In this document: one piece after another, positions 35,400-48,657 of the stretch
Numbering within the stretch: the first letter of the stretch is position 1
Layout: the number at the start of each line of letters is the position of its first letter
Assembly (NCBI GenBank): GCA_002269645.1
Contig: NIVC01002900.1
Coordinates: 1 to 64,000, forward strand
Direction: 5' to 3'
Origin: Macrostomum lignano
Lineage: Eukaryota
Length of the DNA: 64,000 nucleotides
Notes under the pieces: generated by a model
The model's input: only the letters and a program-made list of their open reading frames with translations
Databases searched by the model: none
Told to the model about the DNA's origin: nothing
Translations under genes and position numbers: made by a program

Positions 35400-36320
35400 T
35401 TGACCATTGGGCGCAGGAGACGGAGGCAACCTCCCGACTGCGGCTGCGGCAGGTAGCGTGAAATGGCAATGCTGCGCCAGCCGCCCAGCCGCTTGATCTG
35501 CTCCATGTTGAGGCCGCTGTCGAACGCCAGACAGGCGCCACCCCGTCGTAGAGAGTGGCCTGAGAAAGCTGTCACCGCCCAACCCGCATCTGTCAGAGCC
35601 CGAGCAAGGCGGCGGTCGAATTGACGCGATGACATCGGGCACCAGCTTCCGGCGATGTGGACGCAAAACAGCCGAGTGAGCGCCGGCGCAGACCGCAGCT
35701 TGTTAGCCTAAAAATGCCGCCGCAGGGCTTGGACAGGACATAGTGGGTGGCTTCCGAGCGCTGGCAGCACCGCCTCCTGGTAGTGTTGTCCGCATTGGTT
35801 GGTCTTCGACTGTCGAACTCGGAGTCTGCAGCACTGACTATCGGCCTGAGTGTCGCCGACGAGAATGGAGTGGCGCCCGCAGACATTTGCTTTCCTGAGA
35901 AGCGCCCAGAAGCAGCAGAGCACGGCGGCCCAAAAGGCGGCGTCTGCAGGGTCTCTTGGGTTCACCTGGTTTGCCAGTGAAAGCAGAACAGCCGGGTGAT
36001 GGGGTCTTTCTGCTTGACTGAATGGCCGCTTGTCCGTTTGGCGCTCTTAACTGCCAGATCGATCAGGCCGGACTTGGTGATGTCGGGGAGTTGCGCCAGC
36101 TTGAAGCTCCAGCTGATGGCCGCCAGGTGTCCACCGAGGCTACCGGGTGCCACGCCGCGCTTAGTCAGGCGTCGCACATACTCGACCAAGTGCACCGGGG
36201 ACGCCGCTAGTGGCTGAACACCTTCGAGGTTGCAGAAGCGCTGCCACTGTTCGAGGTTTGAAGCGTACGATGCCCTCGTACTAGGAGCCCAGGCGTCGGC
36301 GAGAAAGCGAAGGAGCGGCC
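35400..36320 (-). pseudogene. Tyrosine recombinase (frameshifted)
   Basis: AWAPSTRASY, LLRKAN (R), QSKTNQ, HPLCPV, GHSLRRGG (HxxR), GGWRS...SRYL (W, Y). Confidence 0.9.
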
Positions 36321-36329
36321 CGGGTAGGC

Positions 36330-36790
36330 GGGAGGCAGGAGGCGCCGGACCTGCAAAAGCAAAAGGAAGACGGAGGCAGGGCAGAGTGCGTGGCGCGAGA
36401 TGCAGCAGGATTCAGCAGCTAAATCATGCAGGCTACGGTAGAAGCGGAGAAAGAAATTTTGCGCCCCGCTTCTAGAAGCAAGGCGAGAGGCCGGGTCCGC
36501 CAGGACCTGGAAGGCGCCTGGAACGTGAAAGGCCCGCAGCCGCAGACCCCACGCGTCGCAGGCAAGCGACAGCGTGTGCAGGAGCCGGTTGACGTCGTTA
36601 CATGGCGAGCTGAGCTTGTTCAGCGCACCGACAGCCGCCGAGCTGTCGCTGTACACGACGATGCCCGCACCGGCGAAGCGGCCCGGGGCCGCGAGGATGC
36701 TGAGGACAGGCGTGATGGTCTCCTTAATGTTGATGTGGGCCGAAGCAAACTCCTCCACCTCAACCTTGTGGCGGCCAGACTACGCGACCG
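36330..36790 (-). pseudogene. DIRS/Ngaro RNase H
   Basis: HINIKE, YSDSSAAV, HVPG...LADPASR. Confidence 0.8.
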
Positions 36791-37689
36791 GCGGGGCGCA
36801 CTGACAATGCAGCCGCACTGGAAACCCCCCGCCAACCTCTGTCTAGCTGAGGTGGGGTGGTGGCGCACCGCGCTAGCCGGCTCGCTAAGCCAGGGGGGTT
36901 GGCGTAGCCAATCACGCCACGCCACATGTGCGCACCTCCCTTGGCCCCTCAATAATCTCTCGCTGTTTTCACTAATATAAATATACGCGCAAAGCAGCGC
37001 AAAATCTTCGCTGCCATTCCATCTATTGAAATAAAAAGGCCTTCCGCCTCAACCTCCACAAGCCCACTGGCTGAACTCATCGGCCTGGATTTTAATTGGC
37101 TAAAGACTTAAAGCCTTAATGAGATGGACTACTCGTATCTAGATCTTCAGCTTAAACAGCGGTGAAGTATAATACAACTTCTACTATATTTCTATGTACG
37201 AGTGTATAATACATAATACATCAGCATTTTCTATTTCGTATTTTTAAAGTAAGTTAAATCGTAAACATATCAAAGATACTTTTTATAAAACATGTAAGCT
37301 CATACATGCAGAGGCAAGGTGTTAACCTTTTTGCATGATTAGCGAAAAAGTAAAAATTTGTTAAGCTCAAAAATTTCGATTTCGATTTCAATTTCGATTT
37401 GAAAAATAATTTCGATCCATCACTACAAAAAAGTCTTTTATTGTTGCAATACTTCCTAGGCCATAGGGTACACTTGGTACCCCTAACCCTTTGATGTGGT
37501 CTATGTACTTTGGAGATTGACCCCTTGGTGTATTTTTGCAGGAACCTTAGTGTATATTTGTGCATTTTTAGAATTTACGAGGCCAACTCCTCTGTTGGAT
37601 GAGAAAGGTGAAGAACTCCCATCAGCGCAAAATTCCATTCCCTGAAATTCATTAGCTGAATTCTATGACCCAAATCCCATCATCCAAAT

Positions 37690-37830
37690 CCTTTCCAAAA
37701 TCTATCAAAATCCTTTCCATGAAACAGAAATCCCTCAAAATCTTCTCCATGAAATAGAAATCCCTTAAAATCCTTTCCATGAAATAGAAATCCCCCAAAA
37801 TCCTCTCTGTAAAATAGATATTCATCAAAT
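37690..37830. repeat. 30-bp degenerate tandem repeat
   Basis: Units of the form aaaatcctttccatgaaatagaaatccc. Confidence 0.7.
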
Positions 37831-37977
37831 TTCTTTCTGTGAAACAAAACTCTATCAACATTATCTCCTTCAAGTTGTAATTCATCAATTTAATCAATAG
37901 ACTATTGAATTGAAGTGTATAAAAAGGGGATTCAGTGGTTAGGGTTAAAGTTAGAGCTGCCTGTTGAATAGTGCCAA

Positions 37978-40652
37978 CAACAACAACAAGGTACTGCTCC
38001 TGCCGGCCAGGCAGTAGCCAGAAAGGGGGGAGCAGTCAGAAAGCGCGTCTCTTGGCCATTGCCCTCAGGAAGTCGCATCCCCCTGCTTGGTCTGGGGCGC
38101 CAGCATCACTCAGAAGTTGGTCAGGGTATCGCACCGTTCGCCCTTGGCCTCGCCTCCGTGGTCCCTGCAGCTTGAGCAGCAGCACGTCGTGTAGCGGCTC
38201 AGGACAGCGGGCCTCCGACCAGATGACATGGCCAGCCAGTCGAAGTCGCCGCCCGCGCAGCAGGTCAGAAGGCCGCGTCAGGCGCGCCCTAGTGTAGAGC
38301 GCGGCATTGGTCTCGCTGCCTGGGCCGCTGCGCACTCCAAAGCTGCACGCAGCATTGCCACATGTGCAGCGTCCAGCTGCCTCTCCAAGGCGTCCGTCAG
38401 GGTCCAAGTCTCGGCGTTGTACAACAGGACAGTCTCGACGACTGCCTGAAACAGCCGAGCCTTGAGCCCGTCGTCCAGGGCCTCAGATTGGAGCACGGAG
38501 TGCACAGATCGAAATGCGGCCCAGGCCAGTCCTCGTCGTCTCTTCAGGTCATCAGCAACGTCCGGCACGGAACCGCCAAGGTACACAAAGCGCTCGCAGC
38601 GGGTAAGCATAAATGCATTCCCGGCAGCGTCTCGGTAATTGATCTCGGCCAGCAAGTCAGAGGGCACCGTGAACACTACCGTCTTCCGCGTGTTCAGCTT
38701 AAGGCCGACCCGCGACGCTGCCGCCGTCAGGCCATCAAGCAGCCGCTGGGCACCTTCAGCCGTCGATGAAAGTAGCGCGAGGTCGTCTGCGTAGCCGAGA
38801 ACGGAGAGCCGCTTCTCCGGGTGCCGCCGACTCGTGCGTCTTCTCAAAAGGAAGCCGTCATCCAGGTTGGGCAGGCCGGTTCTCAGCACCCAGTCCAGTG
38901 CCAGCACAAACAGAAAAGGCGCCAAAGTGTCACCCTGCAGCACGCCTGACGACGTGCTGAATTGGTCTGACAGTCCATCTGGCGTCATCACCGAAGCGGT
39001 CGTGTCCTGGTACATCGCCATGATGGCGGGAATCAGTTGCTCTGGTACATTGTACGCACGAAGCACGAGAGGCAGCGCGCCGCGAGCCAGCGAGTCGAAG
39101 GCCTTGAGGAAATCAATAAAGATCACCACGAGACTTGACTGATGGATGCGCGCCTCCTCGATGATGCGGCGGAGGGCTAGGATCTGCGTCACTGTGCCGC
39201 GATGTGGGCGGAACCCGTTCTGCTCAGTTCGCAGGAACTGGTCCAGCACAGGCTGTAACCGAGCCAGCAGCACCCGGTTGAACAGCTTCGCGGCGCAGGA
39301 CATAAGCAAGATCCCCCTGTGCTCCTCCTTCCGTGTCGTGCCTGGCTTCTTCGGGATCGCGACGATGTGCGCAGTTGTCCACTCGCGGGGCGCGGCATCT
39401 CCAGAAAGGACACCGTTCATCACACGAGCCACCTCAATGGCGACCCTTGTGACTCGCAGCACCTCGATAGGCACCTCGTCCGGTCCCGGGGTGCGACCTC
39501 CCGGCGCCTGGCGAGCGAACTGCACAACGTCGTTGCTGGTCACTGGCTGGGTGTTGAAATCTTCCTGCGACGGCAGCGCCGTCTCGAGCGGCAGTGGCAT
39601 CACTTCTGGCAGAGGCGGTGGCGGCGCGTTGACGATATCGGCGAAGAAGTCGCGTAGCTCATTTCTGCGCGCTTCTGGCGTGTCGCCGGTCAAGTTTAGC
39701 ACCGTTTTCTTCTTGCAACCAGTCAAGGCGTTGATTGTCGGCCATACGAGCCGATTCCGTTGGTCGAGCCCTGCGGAGGTGACGCTTCGGATGGCATCAT
39801 CAACAGCGGCTTGCTGCTGCCTGACATAAACGTCTGACAGGGCTTTCTTGGCCTCTGCCGTCGGTCTCCTGGACCGTCGCAGCCTCTCGACTGTCCGCCT
39901 CGCCTCTTGAACCTCCTTGTCATCCGCCCAGACAGGGAGACTATGGGCTGCAGATTTCATCAGTGGCAGAGTTTTGCTCGCTGCCATCGCTACTGCCGCG
40001 CTAATTTCAGAGTAGTTACCGGTGCTCGCAGACTCTCCCAGTGTGGTGGCGAACGCGTACGCGAACCTGCTGCGGGTGCTAGAATCTCGCAGAGCCCGGA
40101 AATAGCGGCGTGGGGGTCGCTTGGGCGGCCTGTACAGCGGATCCCGGATGCGAAGGTTGCAGAAAAGCAGGCAGTGGTCGGATCGGATGGACAGTGGGGC
40201 CATCGTGTCGCAGTCTGTCACCCGACTGCGCTCGCGGTTACGAACAAGAATGTGGTCGAGCTGGGCCCGGCGCGTCGTGGCGTTTCGGCACGCATTCCGC
40301 TTTCTTTGCTTACAACCAGCAAAAGTCGCCAAACGAAAAGCTGGCTTGCGGAAGCGCGTGTTCGCCGACACCAGATCTTGCCGTGACATAAGGTCCGCAA
40401 GCGCACTAGAGTTGCCATTCTGGCGCGGGGACACGAACGGGGAGCGCTGGGACCTCTCCGCGACAGCGTTGAGATCGCTAAGCACCGCCAAAGTGTCACG
40501 CATTGCGACCGACTCGAGCTGCTCTGACAGGAAATCAAAGAACTGCGCCTCATGCTGACGGGCAGCTGTCGGTGCATACGCGCAGAACAGCCGGGCGTTA
40601 CGGCCTCGCAGTCTCACATCCACACGCAAAAGCCGAGGTGACACGGGGACAC
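37978..40652 (-). mobile_element. 5'-truncated RTE-like LINE with a long APE-RT ORF (38278-40644)
   Basis: TSD AGTGCCAA at 37970-37977 and 40653-40660; (TTG)n tail; DLNA, LDHILV, SDH, QNGFR, DFLKAFDS, GVLQGD, YADD. Confidence 0.92.
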
Positions 40653-41619
40653 AGTGCCAATAATAAAAAATTGAACCAATTAAACCAATTGATTGTGCAA
40701 TCGATTTTAGTCAGTATCAGTCTTAGTTAAAGTTAACAAAATGATTTCGCAATCTAAATCAAACCTCCAATACACAGTGGCAGTTAGAAGTTGAAGCCCC
40801 CAAATTTATCTATTGTGTCTCGCAAAAATAATTACAATCTCTGCAGAAAGTTTAAAGTATAGACATTGTTTTTCAAATGCTGTGCTTTTAGTTTTCATGC
40901 TTAAAGCAAGCAACTTATATCAGCATTGAAAGATCTTTCCAGCAATATAAGTATCTTCTCTCAAAGTTTAAAACTCGAGGAACAGTTTGTGTGATATATA
41001 TAAGTCCCGAATTTGAGTTGGCAGCCGTCTATGAGGAGATACGCATTAAACCTGACCAGTTGATCAATCCACTCAGCTTTAGATATAAGATTCCAATAGT
41101 GTTAGCCTTCAAATGAAATTTTAAGATCAAATGGACCCTTTGATAATTAATTTTCTATATATATTCATATGAAGTTTTCTATTATTGTTGACCAACTTTT
41201 TTATGTTTTAGACTAATAAGCTAAAAAAACCTACTCTAAGTTGCAAACTGTAATATATAAATTATACTTTGTTATAACTATATAAACAATGTCTAAACTC
41301 TAGTAAAGACAAACCTAACAAGATGAATTTGAGAGTTTATTGTCCAAAGCTTTCCTTTTTCAAATAAAAAATGTATTAACTTCATCCTAAGCTTAAGCTT
41401 AATCATGTAATCCATTGTTTCAAGCTAAATAAACTGCTTGTCCAATAATAAAACAATTGTGACATTAGCAGCAGCCTACTCTTATCTAATAGCTGCAACA
41501 TGCTTTAAAGTTGGTGCAAAATTGTGCATATATTGTAACTAGGCTTTGTATACAAGCCATTATAATGGCAAATCCATATTTCCGAATATCTGCCACTGAC
41601 TCATTCTTGCAGCCAGAGA

Positions 41620-41967
41620 ATGCCACCCAAGAAGAGGCAGTCAACATCCAAGCCAAAGGCTGCTGGCAGCAAGCGGGCAAAGCTGGATGAGGCTGCATCA
41701 GAGAGTTCAGCTGGCAAGGAAAAGAAGCCTGCCAAGGCTGCTGCTAAGAAGGAATCGGATGCACCTGCAGCTGCGGCTGCTCCCAGCACTGCTGCAGCTC
41801 CCAGCACTTCAGCCACATCGCTGGAATGCCCCGCTGCTAAGGACGCTGAAGGCCGGCCCTGGAGCCTGAAGCTGGCCTCCTGGAATATCAATGGCCTGCG
41901 CGCCTGGCTGAAGAACAATGGCACTCGTTATCTGCTGGAGGAGGCGCCCTTCATCATTGGAGTCCAG
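41620..41967 (+). CDS. APEX1: AP endonuclease 1, exon 1
   Basis: MPPKKR NLS; LKLASWNINGLRAW; donor |gtgcga at 41968. Confidence 0.93.
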
Positions 41968-42181
41968 GTGCGAATCTTAGCATTGATTTGTTCTAGTTGG
42001 ATTATCCCCATTTGACCCAGTTTGCTTTTCAATGGAATAGAATATCCCATGTAGCAATTCTAATGGATTATCTTCATTGATGCGGTTGGATTATCCTGTG
42101 TAGATGCCATGGCGACTTGATTATCACAAGTTATCCCATTGGATTATCCCATCGATACAGATTGGATTATCACAAGTTATC

Positions 42182-45100
42182 TGTGATGCTCTGCTGGCAA
42201 CTCTAGTGCTTGATAAATAACGAAGCTCGTATCTTGCTTTGCTTGTTTATTTGGCTTTAGGACCACATTAATGCTAGCGGGGCTTGTAACAAGATTATGA
42301 AGCTAGGACTCTTATATATTAGGAAGGGATGAGGGAGGCGGCTTTTGGGCGCAGCGGCCATAGACTATTGTGAAGTGGCTCATGCACTGTCGTCAGAACG
42401 TGGACTCTTCTCCAAAGACTTAGAGCAGCGTTAATGCTGATGCACTTTATTGTTTTCTATATTGCCTTAAGGCTCAAACATGCTTTTAGGAAACAAACAA
42501 GAGAGCGGTGCTCTAAAATATACGAATGCCTGTAGAGAGATAGGACATAGACAAAAAGCGAAACTTGAAGGGAACGAGAGAGTCAGTAAGAGAATTAATA
42601 GTAGTACATCAATGCGCGCGTTGATAGGAGGCATTCTCTCAATGCACAACATGCCCCTTCTTCAGAAGCTGCTTACAACCATGACCTATATGTATGGGTT
42701 ATATCAATAAAGTATAAAATTTCATGAGTAACTTTTAGAGTGGGGAAACATATCTTATTCAGTTCATTGTTAACAGGCAAGGTAGTTATTGTTCACTGCA
42801 ACTCATGAGAATGCTATGGGGTGAATCTCTCGGGAGGTCGACGGTCTCGCAAACTTCGTCTCAGTTGGGCCTGCTGTTGGTCATCGGGCGGCACGTCTGC
42901 ATTGGATGTGGGAACAGCATCTTCATCATCGTCATCGGCGTCTGAAGGCTGGTTTTGAGGCGCCAGCTGATTAGTGCTAGCTAACTGCAACCGACTGTCA
43001 GCGAGAACCCACGCCGTGTTCCTGCCTGCAGTCATCACAAAGGTCGCGGGGGTGCCTGACGACGATTCATGTGGTTTGTAGTGGACCGTCTCCCCCTGAA
43101 CGAAAGGTGAAACTACGGGCACGCGCAATCGTCTGCCAAAGACCAATTCCGCCGGGCATTTACCTCGGGACATGGACGAATTGCGATGGTGGAAAAGTAT
43201 CTTCTGAAGGAAGCGGAGAAACTCCATGTGGGTGACGCGCTCGGTCCACGCTCTCAACGCCGTCTTGACAGTACGAACTGCCCGCTCCGCCGATCCATTT
43301 GCCTGAGGGTAGTACGGAGGTGACTCCAATTTCCGAACGCCGTTGGCGCGTAGGAATGAGGATAGGGGATCACCAGTAAACTCAGGTGCGTTGTCCGACA
43401 CAAGTAGTTCGGGTACACCAAATCGAGAAAACACGGTAATTAGGGACCGAACAACGCTATCTCCTGATCTGTCACGCGACGGAAAAGCTTCTATCCATCC
43501 TGAAAACGTATCGACGACAATTAGGATATTTCCAATGTCCTTTACATACGCCCAATCGATGTGGATCCGCTGGAAAGGAAAAGTAGATGCTGGCCAAGTG
43601 TCTCTTTCTTTGAGCAGTCGCGGTCGTAGCTGATTGCATCCAGAACATCGACGCACAAATTGTTCAACATCAAGCCGCATCCACATTAATGCTAGCGGGG
43701 CTTGTAACAAGATTATGAAGCTAGGACTCTTATATATTAGGAAGGGATGAGGGAGGCGGCTTTTGGGCGCAGCGGCCATAGACTATTGCACGAGCGTATG
43801 TCATGTCTCCCTCCAGAAAGAAAGAGTTGAACTGTCTCCGAACAATGTAAACTTTATGTCAGGAACTCAACAGATAACTAATTCAAATTCAGCGTGTCAG
43901 ATTTCAATTTGGTTACTCGTAATGTGTAGCTAATGCGGTTTTTTAGCAGTCACGAGGAGTAGCGGTCTGGTTGGCGACGCATCCGGGTGCTACGGCGAAT
44001 TCCACCTGCTTCTTGTTCTTGCGCGCCTTGGGTCGAATTGTCGCTGGGGTTCCCTGCCTCCGTGTTTGCGGGATCTCCTGCTATTGATACTTCATCGTCG
44101 TGTGGCAGTGGAGCAAGTTGGTTGTCGCTTGCCAAACGCAGTTCGCTCCCGTCCAACACGAAGGCCGTGTTGCGGCCTCGGTTCATCACGTATTCGACAG
44201 TGGAGGGTGGAACGTCCGAAGTTGGCTGATACAGAACGCGCTCGCCGTGGTTGAACGTGGAGACTACAGGAGCGCGTAGTTGGCGTCCGAAAACAATCTC
44301 AGCTGGCGTCTTGCCCCTACACGTGGATGAGTTTGGGTGATGAAACAGCAATCGCTGTAGATAGGGAACAAATTCAGCGTGTGTGGTTCGTTCGTTCCAG
44401 GCCCGCAGAGCTCGTTTGACTGTCTGGACTGCTCGCTCAGCCGATCCATTGGCCTGGGGATAATAAGTTGGGGATTCCATCTTCTTTATGCCATTTTGGT
44501 GCAGCCAGCTCCTCAGTGAATCGCTGACGAACTCCAGAGCATTGTCCGAAACTAAAAGTTCAGGCACGCCAAAGCGTGTGAAAACAGTTCTGAGGCATTT
44601 AATGATCTGATCTGTGGATCGATCTTTACAGGGAAAGGCCTCGATCCAACCAGAGTGAGAGTCGACTGCTATCAGGATGTTTCCAACATTCTTTACGTAC
44701 GCCCAGTCAACGTGAAGCTTTTAAAACCGGTTTTCAGTCGATGGCCAGGTGTCTTTGGTCTTCCTCAATCTGGGCCGCAGCCTGTTGCATACATCACACT
44801 GGCTGACAAATCGCTCGATGTCAGCGCGCATTCCAGGCCACCAGCAGGACAAGCTCATGAAGTTGAGTGTCGCCAGAGACCCAGAGTGAGTGTCATGCGC
44901 TGCACGAAAAGCTTCTTTCCGCAGTCTTGGCGGAATGTAGACCTGGCGACCCTTGAACAGTAAGCCGTCCTCGATAGTTAGGCATTGCGATACGGCCTGG
45001 AATGGTTTCTCAGCCTGAGAACAGCCAGCCCAGTTTCCCGAGCGAATTCGGTGCATCACTTTTTTGATGAGCTCATCCAACTCTAGCTCTGCGGCAACCC

Positions 45101-47931
45101 GGTTCTTGGGAATGACAGACGGCTCGAAGGCAACGCAATCAATGGCTTCGCAGACTTCCGCCGAATCGTTAGATGAGTCAGTGAAGCGTAGGCGAGAAAG
45201 CGCATCGGCATGTGGAATCTTCTCTCCTGGTATATAGCGTATGGTGTAGTCAAGGTGCATCATCGCGAGTACCCATCTGCTAATGCGAGCGGAGGTGTTC
45301 AGTGGCACCCCGCGAGACTGGCCGAAGAGCTGTTCGAGAGGCTTATGATCCGTCTGTATTGTAAAGTGGCGGCCCAGTTAATAGTGCTTCAGCCGGCTGA
45401 CTGCCCAAAAAACGGCAAGGGCTTCTCGCTCTATGTTCGAATAGTTTTGTTCGGCAGTAGAAAGACACCGAGAAATATAGATCACAGGATGGCCATCTTG
45501 CGTGACCACTCCTGCAAGCGCTCCCTTGGAGGCATCTGTGGTAAGAGTGAGTTCCTTTTCTAATGAGTATGGCTGGACTATGGGTTGAGAGGCAATCTCC
45601 GTCTTGAGTTGTCTGAAGGCTCGGTCACACTCAGCTGTCCACTGAAAGTTGGCATCCGCTCTGCGCAGTCGATTTAGCGGCTGGTTCTTTCCAGAGAAAT
45701 TGGGTACTAGCCTTCCAAAGAAGTTTATTAGACCAACAAATCGTTCCAGCTCCTTCTTGTCTTTGGGTTGTGCGATGCTGCGGATTTTCTCAACCAATCG
45801 ATCATCGAGTTGGATGCCAGCAGCAGAAATTTTAAATCCCAGAAATGATATTTCATCAGTCGCCTCGATGCATTTGCTTTCGTTGATGGTGACATGCTTT
45901 TCTGCCAGCCTAGTCTTCACAGCACAAAGTCTTTTCTGTAGTGAATCACTGTTTTCGGCGAAAACTAATACGTCGTCTTGGTAGATGAGAACGCCCTTTA
46001 GGTCTGACAGAATACTTTCCATCGCGCGCTGAAAAATAAAAGATGCATTCTTCATCCCCATCTGAAATCTTTTCACGCGAAATAATCCTTTGGATGTGTT
46101 AATTATTGAGAGATCCTGAGCAGCCTCGTCCAATTCGATCTGCCAATAGGCCGACCTCAGGTCTACTTTGGCGAACGTCTTGGCGTTTTTTAGTTTGGAA
46201 AATAGGTGCTCCACGCTAGGGATGGGATAGTCCTCTGACTTGATCTTTACGTTGACATGAACGCTGTAGTCAGCGCACATCCTTAGGGTTCCATCTTTCT
46301 TTTTGACCCAGACGACAGGAGAAGCATTGCTCACCGGGCCGTCAACTGGTTCTATCACGCCCAACTGCTGCAGCCTGTCCAATTCAGCGTTGATGGAGGA
46401 TTCCAGGGCAACAGGCACAGGACGCGCATGGCAAAACCTCGGAGTGGCATCAGCGATAGTCTCCATTTTGGCCTTGATGCCTTTAATCACGGGTAGGGCA
46501 TCCACGCTGTTACCGATGCTAGTGGAGCATGTGCTGTGGACTTGCGCTGAGTCCAATAAGTCACGGTCTAACAGACCGAATGTCTTAGAGGCCTGTACAA
46601 TGATTAGTTCAGCAGGGTGAAACTTGCCGCGAAGCTCAATGGCGGTTGATAACTTGCCGAGGACTTTAAGTGTGTGGCCATCGTAGGCTTGAAGACGGCG
46701 ATGACACTTCTGGAGGGCTGGGCGGCGGAGTGACTCTTAGAGAGTGCTTGAAATGACGCTCACCGCAGCACCGGTGTCTACTTGCATTGGGATTTGAGCA
46801 CCATTGATGACTATGTTTTCCAGTGTCGAGTCGATAGCGTGAATCGTGTCCGCGTCCCCAAGGTGAAGAAGGGACGTGGTATCTGGTTGCGGCGTGTCTG
46901 CGTTTGAGAGCTCCTCGACGTTGTGGAGCTGGCGTGGTCGGGAGGATCGACATACCGATGCAAAGTTGGTTTGGTTTTGAGCATTTGCTGCAGGTTTTTT
47001 CAAACGCTGGGCACTTTCCAGCAACATGGACTTGACCGCAGTAACCACACTGTCCAGTGCGTGGTCCAATCTTGCGCGGAGTGGTAAAGTTGTTCTTTGT
47101 AGCCAAAGAGCCATGGTGAATCTCCGGAACAGTTTCCTTTGGTGGGGAGGTCGTGAACGGCGTGGAGGCTTGTTTATACACGAACTCTTTCACTTGCTTG
47201 ATCTGGGCAACAAAATCTACGATTTCCTCGACCGACAGCTCCTTGATCTGCATAGCTTCTAGAACTTTTTGCTGTGTTGTGGGACAGTGCATGCCAGCGA
47301 CTAACGCCAGTTGAATCATGACCTCTTCTGGGCTTTCTGCCTCTTTCAGCGAATCGAATTTGCAATGTTGGGCGGCCTTTCTTAGGCGCGAGAGGTAATC
47401 CGGAAGAGACTCGTCGTGCTGTTGCCGGATGGTGTAGAAGCGAGTTCGCTGGGCAATGGTGATGCGCGTCTTTGGTTGAAGGTAACTTTGAATGGCGGCC
47501 TCGATTGCAGAAAACTCCAATTCGTCGATCTTCTTTTGGGCCACCAGAGATGTTAGCTTTTCAAGTGCTGGCAATCCGCATAGTGCTAGAAAGTTATCCG
47601 CAATTTCTCTGTTGGTGCCTTCATCTTTCCATTTCTTGGCTCGAGCGAGCGCACGGAATGCTGTTAGCCACGTCAGGGCGCGCTCAGGTTCTGAAAGTTC
47701 GATGCGTCCAAGTGCTTGCGACGCCATTGTGATGCTCAGCTGGCAACTCTAGTGCTTGATGAATAACGAAGCTCGTATCTTGCTTTGCTTGTTTATTTGG
47801 CTTTAGGACCACATTAATGCTAGCGGGGCTTGTAACAAGATTATGAAGCTAGGACTCTTATATATTAGGAAGGGATGAGGGAGGCGGCATTTGGGCGCAG
47901 CGGCCATAGACTATTGCACGAGTGTATGTCA
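42182..47931 (-). mobile_element. Ty3/Gypsy (Mag-like) LTR retrotransposon, antisense in APEX1 intron 1
   Basis: 204-bp TG...CA LTR at 47728-47931 with a split 3' LTR (42182-42368, 43680-43803); 5-bp TSD TTATC; gag with CCHC-like motifs, protease DTG, RT YQDD, RNase H, integrase; PPT at 43804-43814. Confidence 0.92.
42369..43680 (-). mobile_element. 3' part of a second, related Gypsy element (integrase, PPT, 283-bp LTR) nested in the first element's 3' LTR
   Basis: IHIDWAY, VVDTFSGW, VSDNAPEF, NGSAER. PPT gaagaagggg next to an LTR at 42369-42651 (TG...CA). Confidence 0.8.
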
Positions 47932-48185
47932 TTATCCCATTGGATTATCCCATCGATACAGATTGGATTATCACAAGTTATCCCATTGGATTATCCCATC
48001 GATACAGATTCGATTATCACAAGTTATCCCATTGGATTATCCCATCGATACAGATTCGATTATCACAAGTTATCCCATTGGATTATCCCATCGATACAGA
48101 TAGGATTATCACAAGTTATCCCATAGGATCTCATAGGATCATAGGATACAGACCCTATTGGATTATCAAGATATCACAAGTTATT
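47932..48185. repeat. 46-bp minisatellite, also present at ~42000-42181 and split by the LTR insertion
   Basis: ggattatcccatcgatacagattggattatcacaagttatcccatt units on both sides of the element. Confidence 0.85.
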
Positions 48186-48257
48186 CGATAAGATAATTGC
48201 ATTAATACCGTAAATCCTAATCCATAATCCCACTGCCCCCTGGCCGGGTCATCCCAG

Positions 48258-48657
48258 GAGATCAAGTGCCCCTCGGCCAAGGTGCCCCCGGAAGCCAGCA
48301 TTCCCGGCTACCACGCGCTGTTCAGCTCGGCGGACAAGGACGGCTACGCGGGCACGGGCATCTACAGCCGCGACAAGCCGCTGTCCGTCAAGGAGGGCAT
48401 CGGTGCCGCTAAGCACGACAGCGAAGGCCGGGTGATCACGGCAGAGTTCGAGAAGTTCTACTTTGTGACCGCCTACGTACCGAACAGCGGGCGCCAGCTG
48501 GCCAGGCTAAAGTACAGAGTGTCCGAATGGGACAAAGACTTTGCCGCCTACCTGCGCGGCCTGGACGCCGTCAAACCGGTGATTGTCTGCGGCGACCTCA
48601 ACGTTGCGCACCTGGAGATCGACCTGGCCAATCCCAAGACCAACCAGCGCACGGCGG
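48258..48657 (+). CDS. APEX1: AP endonuclease 1, exon 2
   Basis: (Q)EIKC, GYAGT, EGRVITAEF, AYVPNSG, CGDLNVAH; AG/GT borders in phase. Confidence 0.95.

Larger units (their letters stand above)
34646..37256 (-). mobile_element. Ngaro/DIRS-type tyrosine-recombinase retrotransposon, RT deleted, with split direct repeats
   Basis: 210-bp repeat A at 34646-34855 and 37047-37256; ~58-bp repeat B at 34856-34913 and 35255-35312; RNase H and YR ORFs in between. Confidence 0.85.
34350..37425. mobile_element. Non-autonomous hAT-like element hosting the YR retroelement
   Basis: TIR TAGTGATGGATCGAAATT at both ends; subterminal ttcgat arrays; imperfect 8-bp TSD caagaagg/caaaaaag. Confidence 0.7.

Noticed and set aside
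37935-37957. Telomeric repeat (ttaggg)
   Set aside because: Only one perfect unit plus degenerate neighbours.
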